Below, in pieces: positions 27,961 through 37,768 of a DNA stretch of 38,485 nucleotides; position 1 is the first letter of the stretch, and the number at the start of each line of letters is the position of its first letter. The translations under genes and the position numbers were made by a program. The stretch comes from Acidimicrobiia bacterium (GTDB taxonomy: Bacteria; Actinomycetota; Acidimicrobiia; Spongiisociales; SHLN01), in contig JBFKDW010000020.1 of the NCBI GenBank assembly GCA_041619515.1, positions 1 through 38,485 of the forward strand. The letters run 5' to 3'. The notes beneath the pieces were generated by a model. That model saw only the letters and a program-made list of their open reading frames with translations, searched no databases and was not told where the DNA came from.

Positions 27961-28485
27961 ATGCTCCGCCGCGCGAGTCTCGGTCGTGCCGTGGTGGCCA
28001 TCCTCCTTTGCGGGGTTGGGCTGGCCGGGTGCGGTGACGACGACCGAAGCAGTGACGGCCGGGCGGCCGACGCCTACATTGTTGTGGTCGAGTGGGTCCT
28101 CGCCGATCCGGAGTACGCCCCCGACCCAGCACTCGACGAGATGTCACCAGTCTTTGTCGAAAGCCTTGGGCCTGGCGAGATCGACCTGGACGTGCAGGTG
28201 GAGATCGTCCGACACTTCGAGCCGGTCGTCGACATTCGGTTCATCGACACCCGGGCCGAGGCGCTGAACGAGTCCGAGGTGGGCGCACCGGTGCGCGACG
28301 GCGGGCTGCTCCTCGGGCTTGGTCCCGTTCCAGCCGAGGGACCGATCGATATCCGGGGCGAGGTCTACCAGACGTCGGACCGTGTTGTCGGCTATCGCTT
28401 CCGGGTCGCCAAGCGCGGTCAGATGATGGTGTTGATCGAACCGCCCCAACGAGTGGAGCCCGAGGGCCTGGTGGGAGAGCTGTGA
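27961..28485 (+). CDS. Uncharacterised acidic lipoprotein
   Basis: Signal peptide with lipobox LAG-C; stop overlaps the MFS start (GTGA). Confidence 0.75.
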   Translation: MLRRASLGRAVVAILLCGVGLAGCGDDDRSSDGRAADAYIVVVEWVLADPEYAPDPALDEMSPVFVESLGPGEIDLDVQVEIVRHFEPVVDIRFIDTRAEALNESEVGAPVRDGGLLLGLGPVPAEGPIDIRGEVYQTSDRVVGYRFRVAKRGQMMVLIEPPQRVEPEGLVGEL

Positions 28486-29984
28486 ACGCGGCCTCCACGC
28501 ACTGGTCGCCAATAAGGTGGATCCGTCACTTCACATCCCAAGGGTTCGACGATCTGCCGCTGCTCGGCGACCGCGAAGCTGGCCGCCTCCTGCCCGTGCA
28601 GGCGCTTCACAGCTTCGGTGACACCATGTTCGCCGTTTCGCTCGTCGGATCGCTGTTTTTCAACGTCTCCCTCGACGCAGCCCGACCCCGGATCCTGCTG
28701 TATCTCGCAGTCACCATGGCCCCGTTCCTGGTGCTGGCCCCGCTCATCGGACCGCTGATCGACCGGGTCCGCGGCGGCCATCGGATGGTGCTCCTGGCCG
28801 CTCTGGGGGGCCGAGCCCTGCTCGCCCTTGTACTCGCCACCCAGCTGAAGGGACTGGTGCTCTACCCGCTTGCCTTCGCAATCCTGGTGCTGGCCAAGGT
28901 GTTTACCGTCTCGCGGAACTCGCTGGTCCCTGTACTCGTCACCGACCGCTCGCACCTCGTGGTGGTCAACTCGCGGCTGGCGCGGGTCAGCGCGGTAGCC
29001 GGCGGGTTTGCTGCTCTGGTGGCCGTGGCCATCCTGGAGGCGTCTAGCCCCGGGTGGATCTTGCGTGCCGGCGCGGTGGCCTACGGCGGAGGGGCACTCC
29101 TCGCCCTCCGGCTCCCTCCGCCCCATCCCCACGAGAACGTCTCGCCGATCGTTGAGCAGCTGGAGCTGTCGGGGCCCGGCGTGCGGTCGGCCACACTCGG
29201 GATGAGCAGCCTCCGGGCCGCGGTCGGCTTCCTGGTATTCCACATCGGCTTCGTGATGAAGGGTGCCGGCGAACCGGCATGGTTCTTCGGGCTGCTGGCC
29301 ATCTCAATCGGGCTGGGTGCCTTCGCCGGGACATTCTTCGCCCCGAGGCTGCGTCAACTCGTCGGAGAGCAATTGATGCTCACCATCGCCCTGGCCGTCC
29401 CTGCCGTCATGGCGCTGGTCACCGCACTCCGCTTCCATCGCGTAACCGCGGTCTCGCTCGTCTTCGTGCTCGGGATCAGCGCCAGCGTGGCCCGGCGAGC
29501 CTTCGACTACGTGGTGCAGACCGAGGCACCCCACGCGCGCCGAGGCCAGGCATACGCCGGCCTCGAGACCCGCCTCGAGCTGGCGTGGGTGGCGGGCGCC
29601 CTGCTCGCCGTGGTCAGCAACGCCCCGGGCTGGCTCGGGGCACTGGTCCTGACGATAGGGCTCGGCGGCCTCGCCATGGAACGCGTGGTCCGGCAGAGGG
29701 GCGCAGCCCGGATCGAGTCCGCCGCAGCCCGGGCTACTCTTCCACTGCGGCTGCTCGAGACGGCCGAAGCGCTGGCGGCACGCGGCGACCGCCAGCAGGC
29801 GGTATTCGTCGCCGTGGCGGCTGCCGACGCGGTGACGCTGGCCGGAGCGCCCGTGAAGCCGCAGCTCGCCGATCTCCGCGAGCTCGGTCGGGTCGCCGCC
29901 ACCTACCACGACGAACACACCGCCGAGGAGGCCCTCCGACTCGCACACCAGCTCGTGGCCGAGGCCTACCCGGCACCGGACTGA
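28482..29984 (+). CDS. MFS transporter with C-terminal soluble extension
   Basis: About 12 TMs; SLVGSLFF, YLAVTMAPF..LAPLIGPLIDRVRGGHR, LVVVNSRL. Confidence 0.88.
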   Translation: MNAASTHWSPIRWIRHFTSQGFDDLPLLGDREAGRLLPVQALHSFGDTMFAVSLVGSLFFNVSLDAARPRILLYLAVTMAPFLVLAPLIGPLIDRVRGGHRMVLLAALGGRALLALVLATQLKGLVLYPLAFAILVLAKVFTVSRNSLVPVLVTDRSHLVVVNSRLARVSAVAGGFAALVAVAILEASSPGWILRAGAVAYGGGALLALRLPPPHPHENVSPIVEQLELSGPGVRSATLGMSSLRAAVGFLVFHIGFVMKGAGEPAWFFGLLAISIGLGAFAGTFFAPRLRQLVGEQLMLTIALAVPAVMALVTALRFHRVTAVSLVFVLGISASVARRAFDYVVQTEAPHARRGQAYAGLETRLELAWVAGALLAVVSNAPGWLGALVLTIGLGGLAMERVVRQRGAARIESAAARATLPLRLLETAEALAARGDRQQAVFVAVAAADAVTLAGAPVKPQLADLRELGRVAATYHDEHTAEEALRLAHQLVAEAYPAPD

Positions 29985-30153
29985 GTGGCGGCTGCATGGC
30001 CGAACGAGATCCCGGTAGTCCCATGCTGCCTCTACACGTCAGGTTCGAGGAGAACGACGCTGCGAAATACCGCGAAGCGGTGCCAGGTGCTGCCAGACAG
30101 AAGCCTTGCCGCCTCCGGCGAGAGTCCCGACGGGACCCTGCCTATCGAGCTGT

Positions 30154-30276
30154 TTAGAGGGGTTTTCGCGTGTTGGTCTTGGCTTCCCTCTTGTCGTGCT
30201 TGGCCTGGCGCTTCTCTTTCAAGCTTTTGGACGCGGCCTTCTTGTTGCTCTTTCCGCCCTTGTCCTTGTTCGCCAC
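30154..30276 (-). CDS. 40-aa lysine-rich basic microprotein (not in ORF track)
   Basis: MANKDKGGKSNKKAASKSLKEKRQAKHDKREAKTNTRKPL; ideal RBS TAAGGAGG 5 nt before GTG; small GTCCC/GGGAC hairpin downstream. Confidence 0.8.
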   Translation of the reverse strand: MANKDKGGKSNKKAASKSLKEKRQAKHDKREAKTNTRKPL

Positions 30277-30623
30277 AGGCGCCTCCTTACGGACCGCCTG
30301 TAATGGCGACCCGACCCATTGTGTCACATGGACACGACCTGAGCTCTTAGATCACCTGGAACGAATCCAGCTCCGCAGGTTGTCGATCCGCACAAATCGC
30401 TCCCGACGGCGGAACAAGGGCCAACGTGATGAGAGGAATGAAGCTATCAGCATCAGCGTCCACTGATCACTCGGGCCCGGTTCGATAACGACCTGCCCTA
30501 AGGGCCTCTAGACGGAGACATTCTCCACAACACCCCGCCGTCGACCACAACGTCAAAGAAGTCAGAAAAGCTGTGGTGTTCTGTGGCGGGCCGTCGAGGG
30601 CGGGAGCTACCCTCGCCGTCTAG

Positions 30624-31700
30624 ATGTCGTCTCCCACCCCCGCATCCAACCAGCTCCGGGTAGCGATGCTTGCCCCGATCTCGTGGCGGGTGCCCCCGCG
30701 TCACTACGGGCCATGGGAGCAGTTCGTCTCCCTCCTCACCGAGGGACTGGTGAGCCGGGGAGTCGACGTAACCCTGTTTGCCACCTGTGACTCGGTGACC
30801 GGCGCGCGCCTGGTGGGGACTGCCCCAACTGGATATTCCGAGGATCCTGGGTTGGACCCGAAGGTCTGGGAGGGCCTGCACATTTCGGCGGTCTTCGACC
30901 GGGCAGAAGATTTCGATCTGATCCACAACAGCTTCGATTTCTTGCCCCTCACCTACAGCGGTCTGGTCGACACCCCGGTCCTCACCACCATTCATGGGTT
31001 CTCGTCTGAGCGGATTGTGCCTGTCTACGAGAAGTACAACGACGCCGGCTACTACGTAGCGATCAGCGACGCGGACCGGCACGCCAAGCTCGACTATGTG
31101 GCCACGATCCACCACGGTATCGACATGCAGGCGTTTGTGGTGCATCCGAGTCCGGGCGACTATTTGCTGTTCTTCGGGAGGATCCATCCCGACAAGGGAA
31201 CCGCCGAGGCCATCGAGGTGGCCGCCCAGGCCGGCATGCCGCTAATAATCGCCGGGATCATCCAGGACGAGGCGTACTTTGATCGATTCGTGAAACCCCG
31301 GGTGGATGGAGAGCAAGTCAGGTATATCGGCCCGGTGGGTCCAGAAACGCGCGGGGAGCTACTCGGCGGCGCCCGGGCACTCTTGCACCTCATCAGCTTC
31401 GACGAGCCGTTCGGGTTCAGTGTCGTCGAGGCGATGGCTTCGGGAACCCCGGTGATCGCCCATCCACGAGGGTCGATGCCCGAGCTCGTGCGTCAGGGTG
31501 AAACTGGGTTCCTCGTGGGCTCGATCGACGAGGCCGTCGCAGCCGTCGCCGCCTCGGGCAGCATGGACCGGACGGCGGTGCGCGCTTCGGTCGAGCATCG
31601 CTTCGACGTGAACCGAATGGTCGACGAGTATCTGACCGTTTATCACCGCGTCGTGGGATACCACCAGACGGGACCATCCGGAGGGAGCAATGACGGCTGA
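30624..31700 (+). CDS. Glycosyltransferase family 4
   Basis: VPPRHYGPWE, FFGRIHPDKG, EPFGFSVVEAMASGTPV. Confidence 0.93.
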   Translation: MSSPTPASNQLRVAMLAPISWRVPPRHYGPWEQFVSLLTEGLVSRGVDVTLFATCDSVTGARLVGTAPTGYSEDPGLDPKVWEGLHISAVFDRAEDFDLIHNSFDFLPLTYSGLVDTPVLTTIHGFSSERIVPVYEKYNDAGYYVAISDADRHAKLDYVATIHHGIDMQAFVVHPSPGDYLLFFGRIHPDKGTAEAIEVAAQAGMPLIIAGIIQDEAYFDRFVKPRVDGEQVRYIGPVGPETRGELLGGARALLHLISFDEPFGFSVVEAMASGTPVIAHPRGSMPELVRQGETGFLVGSIDEAVAAVAASGSMDRTAVRASVEHRFDVNRMVDEYLTVYHRVVGYHQTGPSGGSNDG

Positions 31701-32931
31701 TTCCGAACCGCCCGATCCGAGCGAAGTCTTTCGGCTGGGCGTCAACTACTGGCCCGCTCGGACCGCCATGGGCTGGTGGACCGAGTTTGACGAGGCCGAG
31801 GTTGGCGCTGACTTCGAGACGATGGCTGCCGCCGGTTTCGATTCGGTCAGGCTGTTCCTGACCTGGGAGAACTTCCAGCCTTCCCCGACGAGCGTGGACA
31901 CCGATATGCTCGATCAGCTGGTCACGGTGGCGGACCTGGCCGGACGGGAGGGCCTGTCCGTCATGCCCACCCTCTTCACAGGTCACATGAGCGGAGTGAA
32001 CTGGATCCCGCCGTGGGCGCTCGGCGGGTTTGATGGCGACAATCGCTTCCGGGTGGTTTCCGGCGGGAGGCTCACCCGATCCGGTTTGCGAAACTGGTAC
32101 CTGGATTCGGAGGTCGGTGAGGCACAGGCGCTACTAGCGGGAGAGGCGGCCACCGCATTGGCCGGACATGACGCCGTGTGGGCGTGGGATCTCGGCAACG
32201 AAAACTCGAATTGTGTGAGACCACCGAGCCGGTCGTCGGCCCGGGGCTGGCTGGAGCGAATCACCGCAGCCATCCGCACGGCCGACCCGGCGGCTCTCGT
32301 CACCATCGGCTTGCACATGGAGGACCTGGAAGAGAACCGGATGCTCGGTCCGTGGGAGGCCGCCCAGGTGTGCGATTTCCTCACCATGCACGGCTATCCC
32401 ATCTACGCTCGCTGGGCGGCGGGTCCCACCGATGAGCACCTGTTGCCGTTCCTAGCTCAGCTGACCCGCTGGCTGGGAAGGGGCCGAGACGTTCTCTTCT
32501 CAGAATTCGGGCTTCCAACCCACCGGCCGGCCGGCCGAGACGGTGACCTGGCCCATCACAAGGGCCCTGCGGTCCTCGTCGAAGAGCAGGCCGCGGCTGA
32601 CTACACCAGACGGGCCCTCGCAGCCCTACGCCAAGCTGGTTGTACCGGCGCGATGCTCTGGTGCTACACCGACTACGTCCCCGCAATCTGGGCCAAGCCG
32701 CCCCTCGACTTTGCAACCCACGAGCGTTCTTTCGGACTGTGGCGAGCCGACGGGTCACCCAAGCCGTCCGTTGCGGTCGTGAAGGCCTTCACCGGCCGCG
32801 ACCGAACCGACAGTCCTGACAGCCGCAAGTGGATAGACATCGAACCCGATGATTTCTGGGAGAGCTCGGCAGACAATCTTGCGCGGCTCTACGGTCGCTA
32901 CCGGGAGAACGCAGGAGCTACTTCTCGGTGA
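31690..32931 (+). CDS. Clan GH-A (GH5-like) glycoside hydrolase, cytoplasmic
   Basis: LGVNYWP, RLFLTWENFQP, TGHMSG, WDLGNE (acid/base), HGYP, SEFG (nucleophile), WC; no signal peptide. Confidence 0.85.
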   Translation: MTADSEPPDPSEVFRLGVNYWPARTAMGWWTEFDEAEVGADFETMAAAGFDSVRLFLTWENFQPSPTSVDTDMLDQLVTVADLAGREGLSVMPTLFTGHMSGVNWIPPWALGGFDGDNRFRVVSGGRLTRSGLRNWYLDSEVGEAQALLAGEAATALAGHDAVWAWDLGNENSNCVRPPSRSSARGWLERITAAIRTADPAALVTIGLHMEDLEENRMLGPWEAAQVCDFLTMHGYPIYARWAAGPTDEHLLPFLAQLTRWLGRGRDVLFSEFGLPTHRPAGRDGDLAHHKGPAVLVEEQAAADYTRRALAALRQAGCTGAMLWCYTDYVPAIWAKPPLDFATHERSFGLWRADGSPKPSVAVVKAFTGRDRTDSPDSRKWIDIEPDDFWESSADNLARLYGRYRENAGATSR

Positions 32932-34396
32932 GGCGCGTCAGGAGGTCGTCGAGAGAGGCAGTCGCGATGCCTGCTCCGCGGTCCGAAAAGCCGTAGGGAA
33001 GCACGAGGAGGTCGCGGTGGATCATGCTGCCGCACGAGTACACAACGTTGGGTACATACCCGTCGCGTTCGTTCTCGTTGGGGGCCAGAAGGGGTTCCTC
33101 CAGGCGACCGATGACTCGACATGGATCCTGCCCGTCGAGGAGGATGGCTCCCAGGGTGTACCGTCGGAACGGCCCAACCCCGTGGGTGATCACCAGCCAG
33201 CCCGCCTCGGTTTCGAGGGGGGACCCACAATTGCCGAGCTGCGTGAGCTCCCAAGGCCTGTCGGGGATCTGGATTCGCTCGCTTTCGTGCCAGAACCGCA
33301 CGTTGTCTGAGAGCATGAGGTAGTTGTTCTCGTTGTCCTGGCGGGACAGGGCCGCGTATCGACCGTCGATCTTGCGCGGGAACAGGGCAATTCCCTTGTT
33401 CTGGGCGGCGCGTCCGTTGAGGGTGGCGATTCGGAAGGAAACGAAGTCCGGGGTTTCTATCAGCTGCGGGAGAATCTGGATCCCGTCGAATGCGGTGTAG
33501 GTGGCGTAATAGACCACTCGTGCGTCGTCATGGGTGAAACGCACAAAGCGAGCGTCTTCCATTCCGTGGCTCTCGGTGGGTCCGACCGGGAAGATCACTC
33601 GTTCCGAGATCTCGGACGCCGTTGGGAAGGTGCTGGCGTAGTTGGAGGAAGCGAGCCAGTGGATGGTCTTGGTTGTCTGGAATGCGATGGCGCGATCCAC
33701 GCCCTGCCCGTCGAGACCCAAGATTGCCGCTTCGAGCTGCTCGAACGTGAAGTGAGAAGGCAGCGGGTCCAGGCACATGCGGGTGATGTCATTGAACGCC
33801 CCCAACTCCTCCAGCTTGGAGGAAAAGACATGCTTGTCGTAGGTAGGGGAGGTGCGACTCCCGGTCATCGCGTATCGGCTCGGCTTGTCCATCGTGATCT
33901 CTCCGCCGGCGTCAATGACGCCAGAGCGGAACTCGATGGACGAGATGTGTCCTTCGCCAATCGCCCGCAGACTCATTATGAACCGCTGGCTACCCGGATC
34001 CAGGCCAGACTGATCGGGGGCCGGGACGATCGACGGATTGCTGAGGGCAGCCGCCTCGATTGAGTACTCATGGGTGAAGTAGGCGCCGATGAGTAGCCGG
34101 CGTTCTGGGGACAGATCGTTCCGGTTGTCAATGTGGCTTGCTACCAACGCGAAACTGCGTTCGAGAATGCTGCCCAGGCCCACGTGTCGATCTGCGAACT
34201 CCTGCTGCATGGCAGCCAGTGTCGACGCGACCTCACCGTCCGACATCGCCAAGATCCGATTGATGATGAGCTTGGCTCGTGACTGTCCATCCGGAAGGAC
34301 CTGCTCCCCCGGGTGGAAGGGCTTGGTGATCACGCGATGCGGATCGGGAAGAAGACGAGCCCTACTGCGAGTGATCGGGATGGGATTCATGGGCAA
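32918..34396 (-). CDS. Glycoside hydrolase family 130 protein (long form)
   Basis: GMEDARFVRF, YTAFDG, NKGIALFPRKIDGRY, GNCGSP, HGVG, GYVPNVVYSCG. Confidence 0.9.
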   Translation of the reverse strand: MPMNPIPITRSRARLLPDPHRVITKPFHPGEQVLPDGQSRAKLIINRILAMSDGEVASTLAAMQQEFADRHVGLGSILERSFALVASHIDNRNDLSPERRLLIGAYFTHEYSIEAAALSNPSIVPAPDQSGLDPGSQRFIMSLRAIGEGHISSIEFRSGVIDAGGEITMDKPSRYAMTGSRTSPTYDKHVFSSKLEELGAFNDITRMCLDPLPSHFTFEQLEAAILGLDGQGVDRAIAFQTTKTIHWLASSNYASTFPTASEISERVIFPVGPTESHGMEDARFVRFTHDDARVVYYATYTAFDGIQILPQLIETPDFVSFRIATLNGRAAQNKGIALFPRKIDGRYAALSRQDNENNYLMLSDNVRFWHESERIQIPDRPWELTQLGNCGSPLETEAGWLVITHGVGPFRRYTLGAILLDGQDPCRVIGRLEEPLLAPNENERDGYVPNVVYSCGSMIHRDLLVLPYGFSDRGAGIATASLDDLLTRLTEK

Positions 34397-34510
34397 GTCG
34401 CTCGGTATGGGGTTCCAAGCCGTTGTATCGGCACAAGAACGCGAAATGTGAGCCTAGAGCCGTCTGGGGCGCTTGGCCAGGGGGTTGGTGGCTTCACTCA
34501 CCGAGGCCAC

Positions 34511-35611
34511 CTAGAGAGCTTGTGCTAGTTGAAGCACCGCGAGGGCGGCCAGCGTCGACTCCGCTCCCTGATTCAGGTTGAGGCCCTCTGGCGTGAGGCC
34601 ATCCCCGCTTCCCCCGGTTTGCGGGTCGTAGAGAGCCACCCCGGCATCGTTGGCACCGACGAACCAGCGAGCGGCCCGTTCGACCCGGTCCTTCCATCGG
34701 TCGTCAGCCGTGAGGGAGAAGGCCCGGGCGCAGGCATCAGCCATGGCTGCCGCCTCGACCGGCTGCTGGTCAAAGCCGGGGCGGGGTTCACCCGGAGCCC
34801 ACCCACCTACCGGGGTGAAGCTGAAGTGCCCGTCGTCCTGCGTTTCGGCAGCTACCAACCACTCGAGTAAACGGAGACCGGCATCGACGAGGCCGTCATT
34901 GGACAGGTGCGACCCGGCAGCCAGCAGGGCCTCGGGGATGCGTGCGTTGTCGTAGGCGAGGCGCTCCTCGGGCCACGGCCAGAGCGCATCATCATCGGTC
35001 ACAACGAGGTGGCCGAGACACTGCTCCAAGATACGCCGAGCGGGGGGATGGTCGGGTAGGGAGAGCAGCACCTCGCTTGCGCCCAATACCGCGAAGGCAT
35101 TGGCGCGCGGAGAGGGCGAGTGGAATCTCTGTTGCCTGTCGAACATGTTCAGCCCGGCCTCACGCATCCAGCTTCGCGGGCCGCGACGGGCGACAGATCC
35201 CAGCGCCCAAAGGGCTCGTCCTTGCGAGTCGTCCGATCCCAGCTCATCCTCCCAAGACCCATCCCCGCTGCGCCGATTCATGAAGCCGCCATTGGGTAGT
35301 TGAGCGTCCTGAAGAAACGTCAGATAGACCCCTGCCAGCTCTACGAGATGAGGGGATGGATCCGGTACCCGGCTGATGACGATGAGCGCCCGCGCGTTGT
35401 CGTCGGTGCAGTAGCCGTGCTCGGTGCGCGGGGTGGTGTAGAGGGCGTGCTCCCAGAGACCCCGATGATCGGTCATCCTTCGCAGATGGCTGAAGCACGG
35501 CGTCGGTAGAGGATCAGCGGAACTCCGGCCGGCCGATTGGTCCGCTCGAGCGGCGTTCTCTTTCCCTGTGAGCCGGCCGGGCCGGGCTTCAACCGACATT
35601 GGCGAGGGCAT
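34511..35611 (-). CDS. Six-hairpin glycosidase-like protein (GT4-associated domain)
   Basis: GYCTDDNARAL, SDDSQGRALWALG, LAYDNARIPEAL, FDQQPVEA, NQGAESTLA. Confidence 0.85.
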   Translation of the reverse strand: MPSPMSVEARPGRLTGKENAARADQSAGRSSADPLPTPCFSHLRRMTDHRGLWEHALYTTPRTEHGYCTDDNARALIVISRVPDPSPHLVELAGVYLTFLQDAQLPNGGFMNRRSGDGSWEDELGSDDSQGRALWALGSVARRGPRSWMREAGLNMFDRQQRFHSPSPRANAFAVLGASEVLLSLPDHPPARRILEQCLGHLVVTDDDALWPWPEERLAYDNARIPEALLAAGSHLSNDGLVDAGLRLLEWLVAAETQDDGHFSFTPVGGWAPGEPRPGFDQQPVEAAAMADACARAFSLTADDRWKDRVERAARWFVGANDAGVALYDPQTGGSGDGLTPEGLNLNQGAESTLAALAVLQLAQAL

Positions 35612-36794
35612 CTGGGGTTTCGTGCGGAGGCTTTGCGACGGTGAGAGCTCGCTCTGCTTGGTGCCCGGCTACCAGCTTTGTCGCCATGTCATCGTATCGG
35701 CGGGCGATGGCCGGCCAGTGCAGGCTCGAGCCGATCAGCCTCGCTTGCGCCGCCATCTGGACCGCCAGGGAAGGATGGTTCAACACTCTGCGGAGGGCGG
35801 CCGTCATGGCGATCGGATCGCTGTGTGCAACGACGATCCCTGCACCGGTAGCCAGGAGCTCGACGGCGTGGGGGAAGGCCGTGGCGATGACCGGCTTCCC
35901 TGCCGCAAGCGCTTCGACCAGCACTCCCGAGGTCACCTGCTCCGTTGACTCGTAGGGAAGCAGGACCAGATCGGCTTGCCCGACCGCAGTTGCCAACTCG
36001 TCGGTGTCGAGATACCTGCCGTCGAACTCGACTACATCATCCAGTCCGAGATCATGAACCCGGGCGACAAGCCTCTCGAGATACGCATCGCCCTGGGATG
36101 CCTGGACCTTGGGATGCGTCTTGCCCAGAATGATGTAGCGGGGCACGGGAGAAAGGTCCCGAAGGCCGGCGAAGGCGTCGATCGCCATTTCCAGACCCTT
36201 GCCCGGCCCGATGAGCCCCCATGTCAATACGACAGGCCGATCTCCGTCCACTAGGGACGGGCCCCCGAGCCCGATTCTCGCTCCGTGCGGAACCACTCGA
36301 ACCCTTGCCGGGTCGACCTGGTAGCCGTTGACCAGCCGCCCGTAGGCGGTTTCACTCATGACGATTGTCTGCTCCGCCACGGCAACCACCTGCTCCAGAA
36401 TCGATCTCTGGCTTGGGCTGGGTTGGCTGAGGACGGTGTGAAGTGTGATCACGGCTGGGATTTCGAGGCCTGACAGCAGATCGAGAACTTCGCTGCCGTC
36501 GGGCCCGCCGTAGATCCCGTACTCGTGCTGGAGAAACGCCACCTCGAAGGAGTTGAGTGCTTCGATCGCACCCAAGAGAGAGGTGGCGTCACCGTTGAGA
36601 TGTTGGTGCACAACTTCCGGTGTGACGTCGCCAAGCAGACTGTCCACCAGGCTCACAACGCCCAGGCCCGTGTCTGAGCCACGCCCGTCGGCAACGGCCC
36701 CGCGCAAAGCGGCCGTGAACGTCGCCAACCCGCACGACGTGGGCGGGTAGGTGCTCAGGAACCCGATCGAGGGCAGTCCTCCGCTGTGTCTCAT
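35589..36794 (-). CDS. Glycosyltransferase family 4
   Basis: STYPPTSCGLATF, QHEYGIYGG, WGLIGPGKGLE, EQVTSGVL; GAGAGG RBS. Confidence 0.92.
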   Translation of the reverse strand: MRHSGGLPSIGFLSTYPPTSCGLATFTAALRGAVADGRGSDTGLGVVSLVDSLLGDVTPEVVHQHLNGDATSLLGAIEALNSFEVAFLQHEYGIYGGPDGSEVLDLLSGLEIPAVITLHTVLSQPSPSQRSILEQVVAVAEQTIVMSETAYGRLVNGYQVDPARVRVVPHGARIGLGGPSLVDGDRPVVLTWGLIGPGKGLEMAIDAFAGLRDLSPVPRYIILGKTHPKVQASQGDAYLERLVARVHDLGLDDVVEFDGRYLDTDELATAVGQADLVLLPYESTEQVTSGVLVEALAAGKPVIATAFPHAVELLATGAGIVVAHSDPIAMTAALRRVLNHPSLAVQMAAQARLIGSSLHWPAIARRYDDMATKLVAGHQAERALTVAKPPHETPDALANVG

Positions 36795-37189
36795 GAAATA
36801 TGCATCCTCTCAACGCTCCGAGATGGCGCCTGTCAGTCAATGCAACAGCAATCGTTCGAGAGCGGGGAGGGCAAACCCTGGGGAAGTCCGCGACGACAAA
36901 TAAGAAGTTGCGGCTTGGGCCGCCTTTGGGAGCCCAAGTGTACAAGAAACCCCGGCCTATAGCGATGACCGTCTTCCATCCGCCGGCCGCTCTCGACGGA
37001 TGCGACCGGAAGGAGTCGAAGCGAATCGAACGCCCGCAGCACCGAGGCGACATTCGCCGTTTCGGTCAAAAAGGGAGCGGACATCGCTGCCTTCACACCG
37101 TTTCGGCTTTCGGCCCCAAGCTTCATGACCTAGGACCCTGGAATCCGACGGCCTCCCGCCCCTAGGCTCCTCTACTGGTGGATCGCCGC

Positions 37190-37741
37190 CGGTCGGCGAC
37201 GCTGTTCTCGAGTGCGGCGGGTTGATCAAGCGGTTTGGCGAGCGCACGGTGGTCGACAACGTGGGCTCTCGATCGCTCCGGGCGAGACGTATGGCCTGCT
37301 CGGTCCGAACGGGGCGGGCAAGACCACGACCATCTCGATGTTGTGCGGTCTGTTGCGTCGTGACGGCGGCACCGTCCGGGTCCTCGATCGCGGGACGACG
37401 AACCGAGATTCGTGCAGGGTGCGATCGGCCACGGCCGTTTGGTCGCGGAGGGAACTCGACGCGAGCTCGTCGATCTCGTCGGCGAGTACGATCACGTCCG
37501 CCTGAGCCTCGACAGCGACCACCAAGCGGCGGCGGATCAGCTACAGGGGCTGCCCGGCGTCCACAGCATCAACGCGACCGATCACACCCTCGACCTAGGC
37601 CTGTCCGAAGCCCACCGGGCTCTTCCGTCGATCCTGTCCGCAGCGAGCGATCCGGGGGCTCGGGTGCTGTCGGTCGAGGTGGTGGAGCCGGACCTGGAGG
37701 CTGTCTTCATGCACCTCACCGGTCGGACCCGGCGCGACTGA
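37190..37741 (+). pseudogene. Degraded ABC transporter ATP-binding gene
   Basis: [14 protein letters not shown], frameshift, [20 protein letters not shown], then a jump to GRLVAEGT...EPDLEAVFMHLTGR; signature and Walker B are deleted. Confidence 0.8.
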
Positions 37742-37768
37742 CATTCGCTGTCACCCGGTGGTGGGTCG

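Noticed and set aside
29985..30466. Plus-strand ORFs 29985..30350, 30106..30303, 30170..30466
   Set aside because: Their hydrophobic look comes from the antisense of the Lys-rich gene, which has the strong RBS.
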